Shown: positions 28,042 through 37,340 of the stretch, piece by piece
Layout: the number at the start of each line of letters is the position of its first letter
Position numbering within the stretch: position 1 is the stretch's first letter
Source of the DNA: Candidatus Kaiserbacteria bacterium
Lineage (GTDB): Bacteria > Patescibacteriota > Minisyncoccia > Phycocordibacterales > UBA918
NCBI GenBank assembly: GCA_019634005.1
Contig: JAHQWD010000002.1
Location: 128,747-192,746, forward strand
Direction of reading: 5' to 3'
DNA: 64,000 nucleotides
Translations under genes and position numbers: made by a program
Notes under the pieces: generated by a model
What the model was told of the DNA's origin: nothing
What the model saw: the letters and a program-made list of their open reading frames with translations, nothing else
Databases searched by the model: none

Positions 28042-28225
28042 CAATCGCTAAATCCAAATGGAGTTATCGTGTAAAAAACGCTTCTTTATGTTCGACAGGG
28101 ATTAAATGGGGGTACATGTAACGACACGTCACTTTTTTCCTCAAACACAGTTCGAACATCCTCCACGACGTCGCCCCGAAAACAAAAACCTGCAACTGCA
28201 GGTCTTTGTTGTTATACTAGTTTTA

Positions 28226-28395
28226 ATGATCAGGGTGCTATTTTTTGATAACGATGGAGTTCTAGCTCATACAGAGGAATTATTTTTTGAAATAAATAGC
28301 AAGGTATTCGCTGATATGGATATAGAATATTCACGTAAGGATTTTGAGCATCTTCTTTAACAGAACTGCCAGATTTACTTAAAGAGTTGTCATAA
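28226..28395 (+). pseudogene. HAD-family hydrolase remnant with internal deletion
   Basis: N-terminal MIRVLFFDNDGVL (HAD motif I) stops after 44 aa; a different frame then gives a HAD-like C-terminus SSLTELPDLLKELS*. Confidence 0.65.
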
Positions 28396-28432
28396 CAATA
28401 TTCCATTCAGAATCAAGTATACTAATTTATAT

Positions 28433-29590
28433 ATGGAAGCATTCTATTCATTTTTCCTCGTTGTCTTTTCAGGAGTCTTCTTCTCAATGCTTTCGATACG
28501 AACCCATATCCCATGGGCAGTTATGCTTATTCTCGGTGGGATCCTTGCTGGTCCTAGTTTTTTAGACGTGATGTCAGTAAATCCTACGATAGATTTTATT
28601 GGGCAGATTGGTTTGATATTCCTTATGTTCATGGCAGGACTCGAGACGAAGTTCTCTCAACTGCAGGAGTTCAAAGGGAACCTCGTCTTTCTAGCATTTA
28701 TAAATGGATTTGTTCCATTTCTCGTCGGTGCTACGGTGGTCTGGTTTCTTGGATACGGGCTCATGGCGTCACTTATTGTAGGAATCATTTTCATTTCTTC
28801 ATCTGTGGCGGTTGTTATTCCATCACTGGAAGTCTCTGGAGTGCTGAATACCAAACTGGGGCAATCGGTGGTCATCACGACACTGCTGCAGGACATCACC
28901 AGTCTGACACTGCTCTCACTGCTACTTCAGTCGGTAGATCCAATTACTGAAGTGCCACTCTATATATTCTATCCAGTGCTGTTGGGTGTGCTTATCTCAC
29001 TTCGTTTAGTTATTCCAAAGTTACGTAGGTGGGTGATTAAGATGGCGACTGGTTCACCCGATCTTTTTCAACTTGAGTTTCGGTCAACATTCCTTGTACT
29101 TATTGGAACTGTGATTGCATTTGAAGTGCTTGGTCTACATCCCATTGTTGCTGGTTTCTTCTCAGGATTAGTGCTCGCTGACTCAATTAAGAGCAAGGTA
29201 CTGAAAGAGAAAATCCAGACCATTAGTTACGGTATCTTCATCCCAACATTTTTTATTGTTGTTGGTCTTGAAACAGACCTCAATGTTCTCAAGGATACGA
29301 GTGGTGTTCTTTTGAGCATTGTCCTGATCGTATTCTCGTTAGTTGTTTCAAAATATATGAGTGGGTATGTTGCAGCCAAGATGGTTGGGTTTAATAGCAT
29401 TGAGTCTGGATTCTTTGCTGCGACGTCACTTCCGCAACTTTCTACCACACTCGCAACCGCATTTGTCGCGTTTAGTCTTGGGCTTATTGATCAGACGCTT
29501 CTCGCTGCACTTGTTATTTTGAGTATTGTTACGGTACTCTTGAGTCCTATTCTCATACGGGCGTACTCTGCTCGTTTGGAGAAAAAATAA
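28433..29590 (+). CDS. Cation:proton antiporter (CPA2/KefB-like TM domain)
   Basis: GILAGP, IGLIFLMFMAGLE, SSSVAVV, QD, FIPTFFIVVG. Confidence 0.88.
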   Translation: MEAFYSFFLVVFSGVFFSMLSIRTHIPWAVMLILGGILAGPSFLDVMSVNPTIDFIGQIGLIFLMFMAGLETKFSQLQEFKGNLVFLAFINGFVPFLVGATVVWFLGYGLMASLIVGIIFISSSVAVVIPSLEVSGVLNTKLGQSVVITTLLQDITSLTLLSLLLQSVDPITEVPLYIFYPVLLGVLISLRLVIPKLRRWVIKMATGSPDLFQLEFRSTFLVLIGTVIAFEVLGLHPIVAGFFSGLVLADSIKSKVLKEKIQTISYGIFIPTFFIVVGLETDLNVLKDTSGVLLSIVLIVFSLVVSKYMSGYVAAKMVGFNSIESGFFAATSLPQLSTTLATAFVAFSLGLIDQTLLAALVILSIVTVLLSPILIRAYSARLEKK

Positions 29591-29616
29591 TGTATAGTTT
29601 TTGATACAATACACCC

Positions 29617-29709
29617 ATGGATCGGTCAGACATTATTCTTTTTGTAACCCTTAGCTTTCTCTTGGGGATTGGCTTCGGATACTATTTCACCCCCATACTA
29701 TTTCTATGA
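29617..29709 (+). CDS. Putative 30-aa single-TM microprotein coupled to mscL
   Basis: [30 protein letters not shown]; TGATACAAT 6 nt upstream; stop overlaps the mscL ATG (ATGA). Confidence 0.5.
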   Translation: MDRSDIILFVTLSFLLGIGFGYYFTPILFL

Positions 29710-30086
29710 AAAAGTTTTTTGAAGAATTCAAGACATTCGCAATGCGTGGGAATGTGGTTGATATGGCGGTCGGTATCGTCATCGGTGCTGCGTTTGGGAA
29801 GATAGTTTCTTCTTTGGTAGAGAACATCATTACGCCGCTCGCAAGCGTTCTCACTGGCGGTGTGAATTTTGCAGACCTCTCTACCTCTATTGGAGACACA
29901 GTGTTTCCTTACGGCGCATTCATTCAGTCGGTTGTAGACTTTGTTATCATTGCGTTCGCAATCTTTGTTGCTATTAAAGTAATGAACAGACTTCAGGACG
30001 AGGAAGAGGGGCCAAAAAAGAAGAAAAAAGAGTCTGAAGAAGTGAAATTGCTCCGCGAAATTAGGGACTCTCTGCAAAAAGAATAG
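29706..30086 (+). CDS. mscL: Large-conductance mechanosensitive channel
   Basis: [38 protein letters not shown]. Confidence 0.95.
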   Translation: MKKFFEEFKTFAMRGNVVDMAVGIVIGAAFGKIVSSLVENIITPLASVLTGGVNFADLSTSIGDTVFPYGAFIQSVVDFVIIAFAIFVAIKVMNRLQDEEEGPKKKKKESEEVKLLREIRDSLQKE

Positions 30087-30101
30087 TCACGAAACATTCT
30101 T

Positions 30102-30132
30102 AAAACCGCCGCAAGTCTTGCGACGGTTTTTT
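30102..30132 (+). terminator. Rho-independent terminator
   Basis: AAAACCG-C-CGCAAG/CTTGCG-A-CGGTTTTTT. Confidence 0.7.
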
Positions 30133-30227
30133 ATCTGTGGCTATCCACAGACTAGAAGGGAATAGGGAGATAAATTCACCTTTATTTTAAAGCATAAATT
30201 ATAAAGTACAGCGTACGGATGATAATT

Positions 30228-30256
30228 TTGCGTATTGCGGGAAGTGGAGTTAAAAT
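30228..30256 (+). promoter_or_regulatory. sigma70 promoter of nrdA
   Basis: TTGCGT-N17-TAAAAT, implying a ~160-nt leader. Confidence 0.6.
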
Positions 30257-30420
30257 AGACGTATCACACGCCCTTGCTCTTCGTGTGTTAGAGAGATCTT
30301 TCAATGTTTTGAAAGATCATGGGGGCACACTCACTGAGATGGAAACCTTCACTCATGTCGATACAACATGAGGCTCTCAGTGTCACCCTCGTTTTACCAA
30401 CACAACTAAACCGATAGACT

Positions 30421-33255
30421 ATGATTACTGAGATTACCAAGCGCAACGGCACCACGGTTCCATTTGATGAGAAAAAAATCACTGTGGTGATGAAAAAAGC
30501 ATTTGCGGCAGAAAGTGTTTCTGTCACTGATGAACTTTTACAGCAAATGACCGACCGCGTGGTCGCAAAACTTGTTATTCGCTGCGAGGATGAGAAGCAA
30601 CAGCCGACAGTAGAGCAGGTGCAGGATCTTGTGGAAGAGACATTGATGGAGCGGGGGTACTTCGACGTTGCGAAGGCCTTTATTTTGTATCGGTTTAAAC
30701 AAACAGAGGAACGTAAACAGGAGGTGGTTAAGGAGATTGAGGAGAATCGTCTCATGATCGAGCGAACTGATGGTTCAACCGAGCAGTTCTCTCGTGAGAA
30801 GATGCATGAGTACATCTCTCGATTCATTGAAGGATATGAGAAAGAGATTGATGTCGAGGGCATTGTGTCGCAGGTAGAGCGAGAAGTCTATGACGGTATC
30901 AAGACTGCCGAGATGGCAAAGGTAGTGACGCTCATTCTCCGTGCACGCATCGAAGAAGATCCTGCGTACTCCTATGTAGCAGCACGTCAGCTTAATGACC
31001 GCGTCTGTACACAGGCAGTGGGCACCACGATCGGTGTTGGAAAGAGCGAGTACCAAGCGCAGTATCGGTCTGCATTCATCAAGAACATGAAGCACGGCGT
31101 AGAGGAGAAAAAGATTGATTCAAAAATGTTGGAGTTCAATCTAGAACTTCTTGCAGAGAAGATGGAGCCGTCGCGGGACGATCTCTTCAAGTATCTTGGT
31201 ATCGAGACACTTCACGATCGATATTTCATTAAGCGAAATGACGGTACGGTCATGGAAACACCACAAATGATGTGGATGCGTGTGGCGATGGGACTCTGTC
31301 TGAACGAAGAAAAAAAGGAAGACAAGGCGCTCGAGTTCTATAATATGATGTCGACACTTCGATTTGTGCCATCAACACCAACACTCTTCCATTCTGGAAC
31401 ACCACATCCACAACTTTCGTCATGTTATCTCAACGTTGTTGAGGATGATCTCAACCACATCTTCAAAGTGTTTGGAGATAACGCACAGCTTTCTAAGTGG
31501 GCGGGAGGTATCGGAACTGCGTGGACAAAACTGCGTGGTACAGGAGCACTGATTAAGAAAGCACACATCAGTTCACAGGGTGTGGTGCCATTCCTGAAGA
31601 TTGCGAACGATGTAACGGTTGCGATCAACCGTTCAGGACGCCGTCGTGGCGCAACTGCAGTGTACATGGAGAACTGGCACTACGATTTTCTTGACTTCCT
31701 CGAGCTTCGTAAAAACACAGGAGACGAGCGCCGCCGAACACACGACATCAACACGGCAGCATGGATCTCAGATCTCTTTATGAAGCGTGTGAAAGAAAAT
31801 GGCACATGGACACTTTTCTCTCCAGACGAAGCGATAGATCTTACCGAGACATACGGAAAGAAGTTTGAAGAACTCTACACCAAGTATGAGGACATGGCAG
31901 CACGCGGGGAAATTAAACTTCACAAGACAATGCCTGCTGTAGATCTCTGGAAGAAGATGCTCGGCATGCTCTTTGAGACAGGGCATCCGTGGATCACGTT
32001 CAAGGATCCATCAAACATCCGTTCGCCACAGGATCATGTAGGAGTTGTGCACAATTCTAACCTTTGTACAGAGATTACACTCAATACGTCTGAAGAAGAG
32101 ACTGCGGTGTGTAACCTTGGGTCAGTAAACTATAAAGAACATGTCGTGAATGGTCGCTTTGACGAAGCAAAGGTGCGTGAGACGGTAACGACTGCGATGC
32201 GCATGCTTGATAACGTGATCGACCTCAACTTCTACCCAACGAAGGAGGCGAAGAACTCCAATATGAAGCATCGTCCAGTAGGGCTTGGAATCATGGGGTT
32301 CCAAGATGCGCTCTACATGCTTGATATTCCGTTTGCGTCAGAGAAGTGTGTGGAATTCGCAGATTCATCAATGGAGATGATCTCACACGCGGCAATTCTC
32401 GCATCAAGCGAGCTCGCACGAGAGCGAGGTGCGTACGAGAGTTTTGCGGGATCGAAGTGGGATCGAGGATTGCTTCCCGTTGATACTATCGCGCTTCTCG
32501 AGGAAGAGCGTGGTATGAAGACAGACGCGACCCGTACAGAGCGTCTCGACTGGAGTGCAGTCCGAGAATCTGTTCAGAAGCACGGTATGCGAAACAGTAA
32601 CTGTATGGCAATTGCGCCGACCGCGACTATCTCTAACATCGCGGGATCTATCCCAGGAAACGAGCCAATCTACAAAAATATTTACGTGAAGAGTAATATT
32701 TCTGGAGACTTCATCGTGGTAAATACGTATCTTGTGGACGCACTGAAACAGCGCGGACTTTGGAACAAGGATATGCTCGACATCCTCAAGTACAACGATG
32801 GAAGTGTGCAGGATATAGATCTTATCCCACAGGATATTAAAGACATGTACAAAGAGACTTTCGAGATTGATATGAAGTGGCTCGTACGTGCTGCGGTTGC
32901 TCGTGGTAAGTGGATCGATCAGTCACAGTCTCTCAATATCTTCTATTCAGGAACCAGTGGTAAGGAGATCAGCGACCTCTACCTCTACGCGTGGGAGGCA
33001 GGAGTGAAGACGACCTACTACCTCCGTTCACTTGGAGCATCACAGGTAGAGAAGGCGACTGTCGGACAGAGTGGAAGTCAGACACGAAAGAAGAAGGAGG
33101 GAGGCATGACTCCAGCAGACGCGCAGGCTGAGTCAGGCACTCCATCTCCAATGAGTCAGGAGGAGATCGAAAGCGCAAAAGTTGCGATACAGAAGAAATC
33201 TGGGGGCGTGAACCTTCACGTTGCAGAGGATTCCATCTGTGAATCATGTGAGTAA
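30421..33255 (+). CDS. nrdA: Ribonucleoside-diphosphate reductase alpha subunit (class I) with two ATP-cone-like domains
   Basis: ITKRNG cone, LSSC, SNLCTEI, VCNLGS, APTAT, TTYYLRS, C-terminal CESCE. Confidence 0.95.
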   Translation: MITEITKRNGTTVPFDEKKITVVMKKAFAAESVSVTDELLQQMTDRVVAKLVIRCEDEKQQPTVEQVQDLVEETLMERGYFDVAKAFILYRFKQTEERKQEVVKEIEENRLMIERTDGSTEQFSREKMHEYISRFIEGYEKEIDVEGIVSQVEREVYDGIKTAEMAKVVTLILRARIEEDPAYSYVAARQLNDRVCTQAVGTTIGVGKSEYQAQYRSAFIKNMKHGVEEKKIDSKMLEFNLELLAEKMEPSRDDLFKYLGIETLHDRYFIKRNDGTVMETPQMMWMRVAMGLCLNEEKKEDKALEFYNMMSTLRFVPSTPTLFHSGTPHPQLSSCYLNVVEDDLNHIFKVFGDNAQLSKWAGGIGTAWTKLRGTGALIKKAHISSQGVVPFLKIANDVTVAINRSGRRRGATAVYMENWHYDFLDFLELRKNTGDERRRTHDINTAAWISDLFMKRVKENGTWTLFSPDEAIDLTETYGKKFEELYTKYEDMAARGEIKLHKTMPAVDLWKKMLGMLFETGHPWITFKDPSNIRSPQDHVGVVHNSNLCTEITLNTSEEETAVCNLGSVNYKEHVVNGRFDEAKVRETVTTAMRMLDNVIDLNFYPTKEAKNSNMKHRPVGLGIMGFQDALYMLDIPFASEKCVEFADSSMEMISHAAILASSELARERGAYESFAGSKWDRGLLPVDTIALLEEERGMKTDATRTERLDWSAVRESVQKHGMRNSNCMAIAPTATISNIAGSIPGNEPIYKNIYVKSNISGDFIVVNTYLVDALKQRGLWNKDMLDILKYNDGSVQDIDLIPQDIKDMYKETFEIDMKWLVRAAVARGKWIDQSQSLNIFYSGTSGKEISDLYLYAWEAGVKTTYYLRSLGASQVEKATVGQSGSQTRKKKEGGMTPADAQAESGTPSPMSQEEIESAKVAIQKKSGGVNLHVAEDSICESCE

Positions 33256-33264
33256 CTTCATTTT

Positions 33265-33300
33265 CTAAAAAACTGCTCCTTTTACGGAGCAGTTTTTTAG
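33265..33300 (+). terminator. Rho-independent terminator
   Basis: CTAAAAAACTGCTCC...GGAGCAGTTTTTTAG. Confidence 0.8.
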
Positions 33301-33315
33301 TGTACGCTTTCTAAT

Positions 33316-34224
33316 ATGAGGAATACATTCTCTTTCATAGCATTGGTACTCATTATCGCTCTTGGGTACTTTTTTCTTTCTCCTGCACCATGTGGTATTC
33401 CACTTTCATACCGTATTGGAACAATTGATGAAAACTTTGCACTGACAGAGAGTCAGGCTCGTGCAGCGCTCGCTGATGCTGAGGCAGTATGGGAAGAAGG
33501 TGTGGGGAAAGATCTCTTCGTCTATGATTCCGAAGCATTCTTTACCGTGAACTTTGTCTATGATGAGCGACAGGCAGTTACAGACGAAGAACGAGAACTA
33601 CGACATGAATTGGATACCCAGAAAAATCTCAACGACAGTATCAAAGGAGAGTATGATGCGTACGCTGCAGAGTATGAAACTCTCAAGGCAGAATATGAAA
33701 AACGACAACAGAAATACGCACGGGAACTAAAGGCATACAATGAGACCGTTGCAGAATGGAATGAAAAAGGTGGTGCACCAGAGGAAGTGTATGATCAATT
33801 AAATGAAGAACAGGAGCGTCTCACAAGAGAGGGGGAGGCAATAAACAAAATGGTTGATGAGCTCAATGTGCTCGTAGAGAAATTGAATGAGTTGGGAACG
33901 CAAGGAGATTTGCTGGTAGACTCATATAATGAGATTGTTGATGATTACAACGATCGGTTTAATACTGAGCGGGAGTTTACCCAGGGAGACTATCAGGGAG
34001 ATTTCATCAATATTTACGAGTACGAAAGTCCCGAGGAATTACGCATTGTTCTTGCACATGAGTTAGGACATGCACTTTCACTCGATCACGTAGAAGGTTC
34101 GCAATCCATTATGTATTTCTTTATGGGTGAACAGAGTCTCTCAAAAGGACTCACGGTAGAGGATGTAGAAGCCTTTGAGGCAACATGTTCGCCAAAATGG
34201 TATCATAGACAGCGTTACTACTAG
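33316..34224 (+). CDS. Matrixin (M10) family metalloprotease with coiled-coil insert
   Basis: N-terminal TM, HELGHALSLDH, SIMY Met-turn. Confidence 0.85.
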   Translation: MRNTFSFIALVLIIALGYFFLSPAPCGIPLSYRIGTIDENFALTESQARAALADAEAVWEEGVGKDLFVYDSEAFFTVNFVYDERQAVTDEERELRHELDTQKNLNDSIKGEYDAYAAEYETLKAEYEKRQQKYARELKAYNETVAEWNEKGGAPEEVYDQLNEEQERLTREGEAINKMVDELNVLVEKLNELGTQGDLLVDSYNEIVDDYNDRFNTEREFTQGDYQGDFINIYEYESPEELRIVLAHELGHALSLDHVEGSQSIMYFFMGEQSLSKGLTVEDVEAFEATCSPKWYHRQRYY

Positions 34225-34241
34225 AACAAGAATATATTTAT

Positions 34242-35015
34242 ATGTTTTCATTACCATACATGCGTGTGCTCACACCCTTGTTTGCACTCGCTGCAATCGT
34301 CGCACTCTTTGCATACGCACATCTGACGCTCCGTGAAGCGGAGTATGCAATGAGCGGGCCAACAGTCGTTTCTGTAACAGGAGAGGGTGAGGCAGTAGCA
34401 GTGCCAGACATTGCAGAGTTTACCTTTGGTGTGCTCGCAGAGGGTGCTGATGCGGCAGAAGCACAGGACAAATCTGCAGAAGCGATCAATGCAATCCTTG
34501 GGTACCTTGAGGATGAAGGAGTCGAGGAGGGAGATATTAAAACTGAATACTATAATCTCAATCCAAAATACGAATGGATCGCAGAGACGGAGCTCTCAGA
34601 GCGAAATCGTGTACTTGTTGGCTACGAGGTAAGTCAGACAGTTTCAGTGAAAGTACGCGATACTGATGAGGCGGGAGAACTTATCTCTGGTGTGGGAGAC
34701 CGCGGAGCAACAAATGTATCGTCCGTACAGTTTACGACTGAAGACGACGAGACACTCCGTGCAGAGGCACGTGCAAACGCTATTGCTGATGCTCGGGAAA
34801 AAGCAGAAGTGCTCGCGGATGATCTCGATGTGCGTATTGTACGTATGACTGGATTCTGGGAGGAGCAGAGTTACGCATACGGCCTCGGAGGAGCAGAGCG
34901 CTCATTTATGGCCATGGACTCTATGGCAGTGATGGAAGAGAAGGCGGTACCAAATCTTCCAGTGGGAGAGAATAAAACAACCGTTCGGGTTAACATCAGC
35001 TACGAAGTACGGTAG
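34242..35015 (+). CDS. SIMPL domain (DUF541) protein
   Basis: VSVTGEGEAVAVPDIA, YNLNPKY, ARANAIADAREKAEVLA. Confidence 0.88.
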   Translation: MFSLPYMRVLTPLFALAAIVALFAYAHLTLREAEYAMSGPTVVSVTGEGEAVAVPDIAEFTFGVLAEGADAAEAQDKSAEAINAILGYLEDEGVEEGDIKTEYYNLNPKYEWIAETELSERNRVLVGYEVSQTVSVKVRDTDEAGELISGVGDRGATNVSSVQFTTEDDETLRAEARANAIADAREKAEVLADDLDVRIVRMTGFWEEQSYAYGLGGAERSFMAMDSMAVMEEKAVPNLPVGENKTTVRVNISYEVR

Positions 35016-35021
35016 TATAGT

Positions 35022-35133
35022 TTTCTTCCCGAAACCACGGACTTTGTGGGCGGTTGAAAACTAGATGACCACAATGCGTTTACTCATTGTGGTGAGTAGG
35101 GGAGAGGCGCTTCAATTCTGAAGCGCCTTTTCT
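35022..35133 (+). ncRNA. Candidate orphan structured small RNA with its own terminator
   Basis: TATAGT at 35016; closing stem TCTTCCC/GGGGAGA with three internal hairpins; terminator AGGCGCTTCA-ATTC-TGAAGCGCCT-TTT. Confidence 0.45.
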
Positions 35134-35216
35134 ATTACTTTACAATCTCAACCAGTATGGTAATATGGCTCTACATCGCCCCGAGGGGCGTTTTAATTTT
35201 GGATAATTTTCTAAAT

Positions 35217-35396
35217 ATGAGTCGATTCATCAACTATATCAATGATACAAGAGCAGAACTCAAACACGTGTCATGGCCAACAGGAAAACAGTCAGTAACT
35301 GCAACTATTCTTGTGGTACTTATCTCCATCTTCGTGGCCATCTTTACTGGCGCGCTTGATTATCTCTTTGCGCAAGTGCTCACCCTCTTTATCTAA
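35217..35396 (+). CDS. secE: Preprotein translocase subunit SecE
   Basis: ELKHVSWPT followed by one TM; precedes nusG. Confidence 0.92.
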   Translation: MSRFINYINDTRAELKHVSWPTGKQSVTATILVVLISIFVAIFTGALDYLFAQVLTLFI

Positions 35397-35414
35397 CTAA
35401 CGTCTTAACTATAT

Positions 35415-35960
35415 ATGGCAAAGCAACATACAGACGGAATGCGTCACTGGTACGCAATTCACACATACTCTGGATATGAGAACGCGGTAGCACGTAATCT
35501 CAAGCAACGTATCGACTCACTTGGTATGCAGGACAAGATTTTTGATGTCGTGGTGCCAACCGAAAAGAAGATTCGCGTGAAAGGAGGGAAGCGTGTGACT
35601 GAAGAGGAGCGTGTGTACCCAGGGTATGTCCTTGTGGACATGATCGTAACTGACGAATCATGGTACGTAGTGCGTAATACACCACGTGTAACTGGATTCG
35701 TGGGAAGTGGGACACAGCCTGTACCACTTTCACAAGAAGAGCTTGATTCACTCATGAATCGTATGCATGCAGAAACACCGAAGCATAAGGTGGATCTTGC
35801 AATTGACGACATCGTTATGATCGTTGATGGTCCGTTTAAGGAGCTTGAAGGGAAGGTTGGCGAAGTAGATGAAGAACACGGAAAGGTGAAGGTACTGGTC
35901 TCAATGTTTGGTCGAGAGACACCTGTAGAATTGGACTTCCTTCAGGTAAAGAAGGTCTAA
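35415..35960 (+). CDS. nusG: Transcription termination/antitermination factor NusG
   Basis: WYAIHTYSGYE, YPGYVLV, VRNTPRVTGFVG, MFGRETPVEL. Confidence 0.97.
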   Translation: MAKQHTDGMRHWYAIHTYSGYENAVARNLKQRIDSLGMQDKIFDVVVPTEKKIRVKGGKRVTEEERVYPGYVLVDMIVTDESWYVVRNTPRVTGFVGSGTQPVPLSQEELDSLMNRMHAETPKHKVDLAIDDIVMIVDGPFKELEGKVGEVDEEHGKVKVLVSMFGRETPVELDFLQVKKV

Positions 35961-36036
35961 CCTTGCGAAGGATCGCGGTATCGTGTAGTATTCCCGCACT
36001 GTTACGCGAGCTTCACACATAGCAATTACAGCAAAT

Positions 36037-36462
36037 ATGGCAAAAGAATTACTCAACAAAATTAAGGTACAGGCAGTTGGTGGAAAGGCAACACCAGCGC
36101 CTCCTCTTGGACCAATCCTTGGTCAGGCAGGTATTAATATCGGAGAGTTCGTTAACCAGTTTAACGAGCAGACTCGTGACCGCATGGGAGAGGTGGTGCC
36201 AGTAGAGATCAGTATTTACGAAGATCGAAGCTTTGACTTCATCGTAAAGACGTCTCCAGCATCACGCCTTATCCTTAAGAAAATTGGAAAGCCGAAAGGA
36301 TCTGGAAAGAACCTTGTCTCAAAGGCTGGTGAAATCACCAAGGCACAGATCAAGGAGATCGCAGAAGAGAAAATGCAGGATCTTTCTGCAAACGACATCG
36401 ACGCTGCGATGAAAATCATCGAAGGAACCTGTCGTTCAATGGGCGTTCACGTAGTGGACTAG
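36037..36462 (+). CDS. rplK: 50S ribosomal protein L11
   Basis: GKATPAPPLGPILGQAG, IEGTCRSMG. Confidence 0.97.
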   Translation: MAKELLNKIKVQAVGGKATPAPPLGPILGQAGINIGEFVNQFNEQTRDRMGEVVPVEISIYEDRSFDFIVKTSPASRLILKKIGKPKGSGKNLVSKAGEITKAQIKEIAEEKMQDLSANDIDAAMKIIEGTCRSMGVHVVD

Positions 36463-36475
36463 CCATAACCTCTCA

Positions 36476-36508
36476 CAAAACCCCGCATATGCGGGGTTTT
36501 GTGTTTTT
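36476..36508 (+). terminator. Rho-independent terminator after rplK
   Basis: CAAAACCCCGCA-TA-TGCGGGGTTTTG. Confidence 0.8.
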
Positions 36509-36570
36509 CAATATATGTGGTATAAAAGTCGCTGGTTTGGAGTAGAGAAACAAAAACAGGAGTTCTTTTA

Positions 36571-37230
36571 ATGGAAGATATTACGGTCAAGGAGAATGAG
36601 TGGGGAGACCTGTGTTCATGTGTTGAAGTTGAGGCACGAAAAGGTAGAGGGAAAAAACGAGTGAAACAGGTCGTTTTGATTCTCCGACTCGATCCTTGCG
36701 GGGACCAGGTTGGCCTGTACCATTCCGGCGATGCCAGCTGTGGTAAGTATACGTTGCCGCAGGGATGTGTCATTCAGAAGGACTACAAAAAAGCACGTGA
36801 TCCAAGGATCCCAGCTGATATCCTTCGTCTTGCCACTGAGCGTGTGCTTAGACAGAAGCTTGACGTTTCTGTTACAGAGATGTATTACCTTGCCTCGTTT
36901 CGGTGTGAAAAACCAGATCGTGTCGTGAGCGACAATATCGAAGTGGTGGATTATCACGTGATGATCACTATTGCTCGAGAACACAAGACGAGTCCTCAGA
37001 AGGAAGGGAGCAAACACCAGTGGCTCCACGTATCGCATCTCGAGAGCATCTTCGGTAACGATGTCGACCATCAGTTCATGAGCAAACAGAAGAAGGATAT
37101 GATTCTTTCTGCTCTGAAACGGTTTGCAGCGAAAAGCGATGAGCTCCTTGACTGTGTGCATCCGAGACTTCGGCACGCGTCTTGGATAAGGCGCTTCAGG
37201 GAGCTGAACGATTCCGTGAAGGCAGCGTAG
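36571..37230 (+). CDS. Hypothetical protein with degenerate NUDIX-like fold
   Basis: YTLPQG...LATERVLRQKLDV resembles a Nudix box without its acidic residues; SD AGGAG. Confidence 0.5.
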   Translation: MEDITVKENEWGDLCSCVEVEARKGRGKKRVKQVVLILRLDPCGDQVGLYHSGDASCGKYTLPQGCVIQKDYKKARDPRIPADILRLATERVLRQKLDVSVTEMYYLASFRCEKPDRVVSDNIEVVDYHVMITIAREHKTSPQKEGSKHQWLHVSHLESIFGNDVDHQFMSKQKKDMILSALKRFAAKSDELLDCVHPRLRHASWIRRFRELNDSVKAA

Positions 37231-37248
37231 CTACGAATCTTCCTCTTT

Positions 37249-37281
37249 AAAACACCGGCGGGACGTATTCCGCCGGTTTTT
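37249..37281 (+). terminator. Rho-independent terminator
   Basis: ACCGGCGG...CCGCCGGT-TTTT. Confidence 0.75.
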
Positions 37282-37340
37282 GCTTGCAAAAATATTCTTT
37301 GTATAGTTAGATTCATACAGTTTGTGATAAGGAGATTAAA

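Noticed and set aside
35031-35070. Hammerhead ribozyme or c-di-GMP-II riboswitch
   Set aside because: Lacks exact CUGANGA and NUH, and lacks the c-di-GMP-II pseudoknot partner; a terminator separates it from secE. Kept only as an unknown ncRNA.
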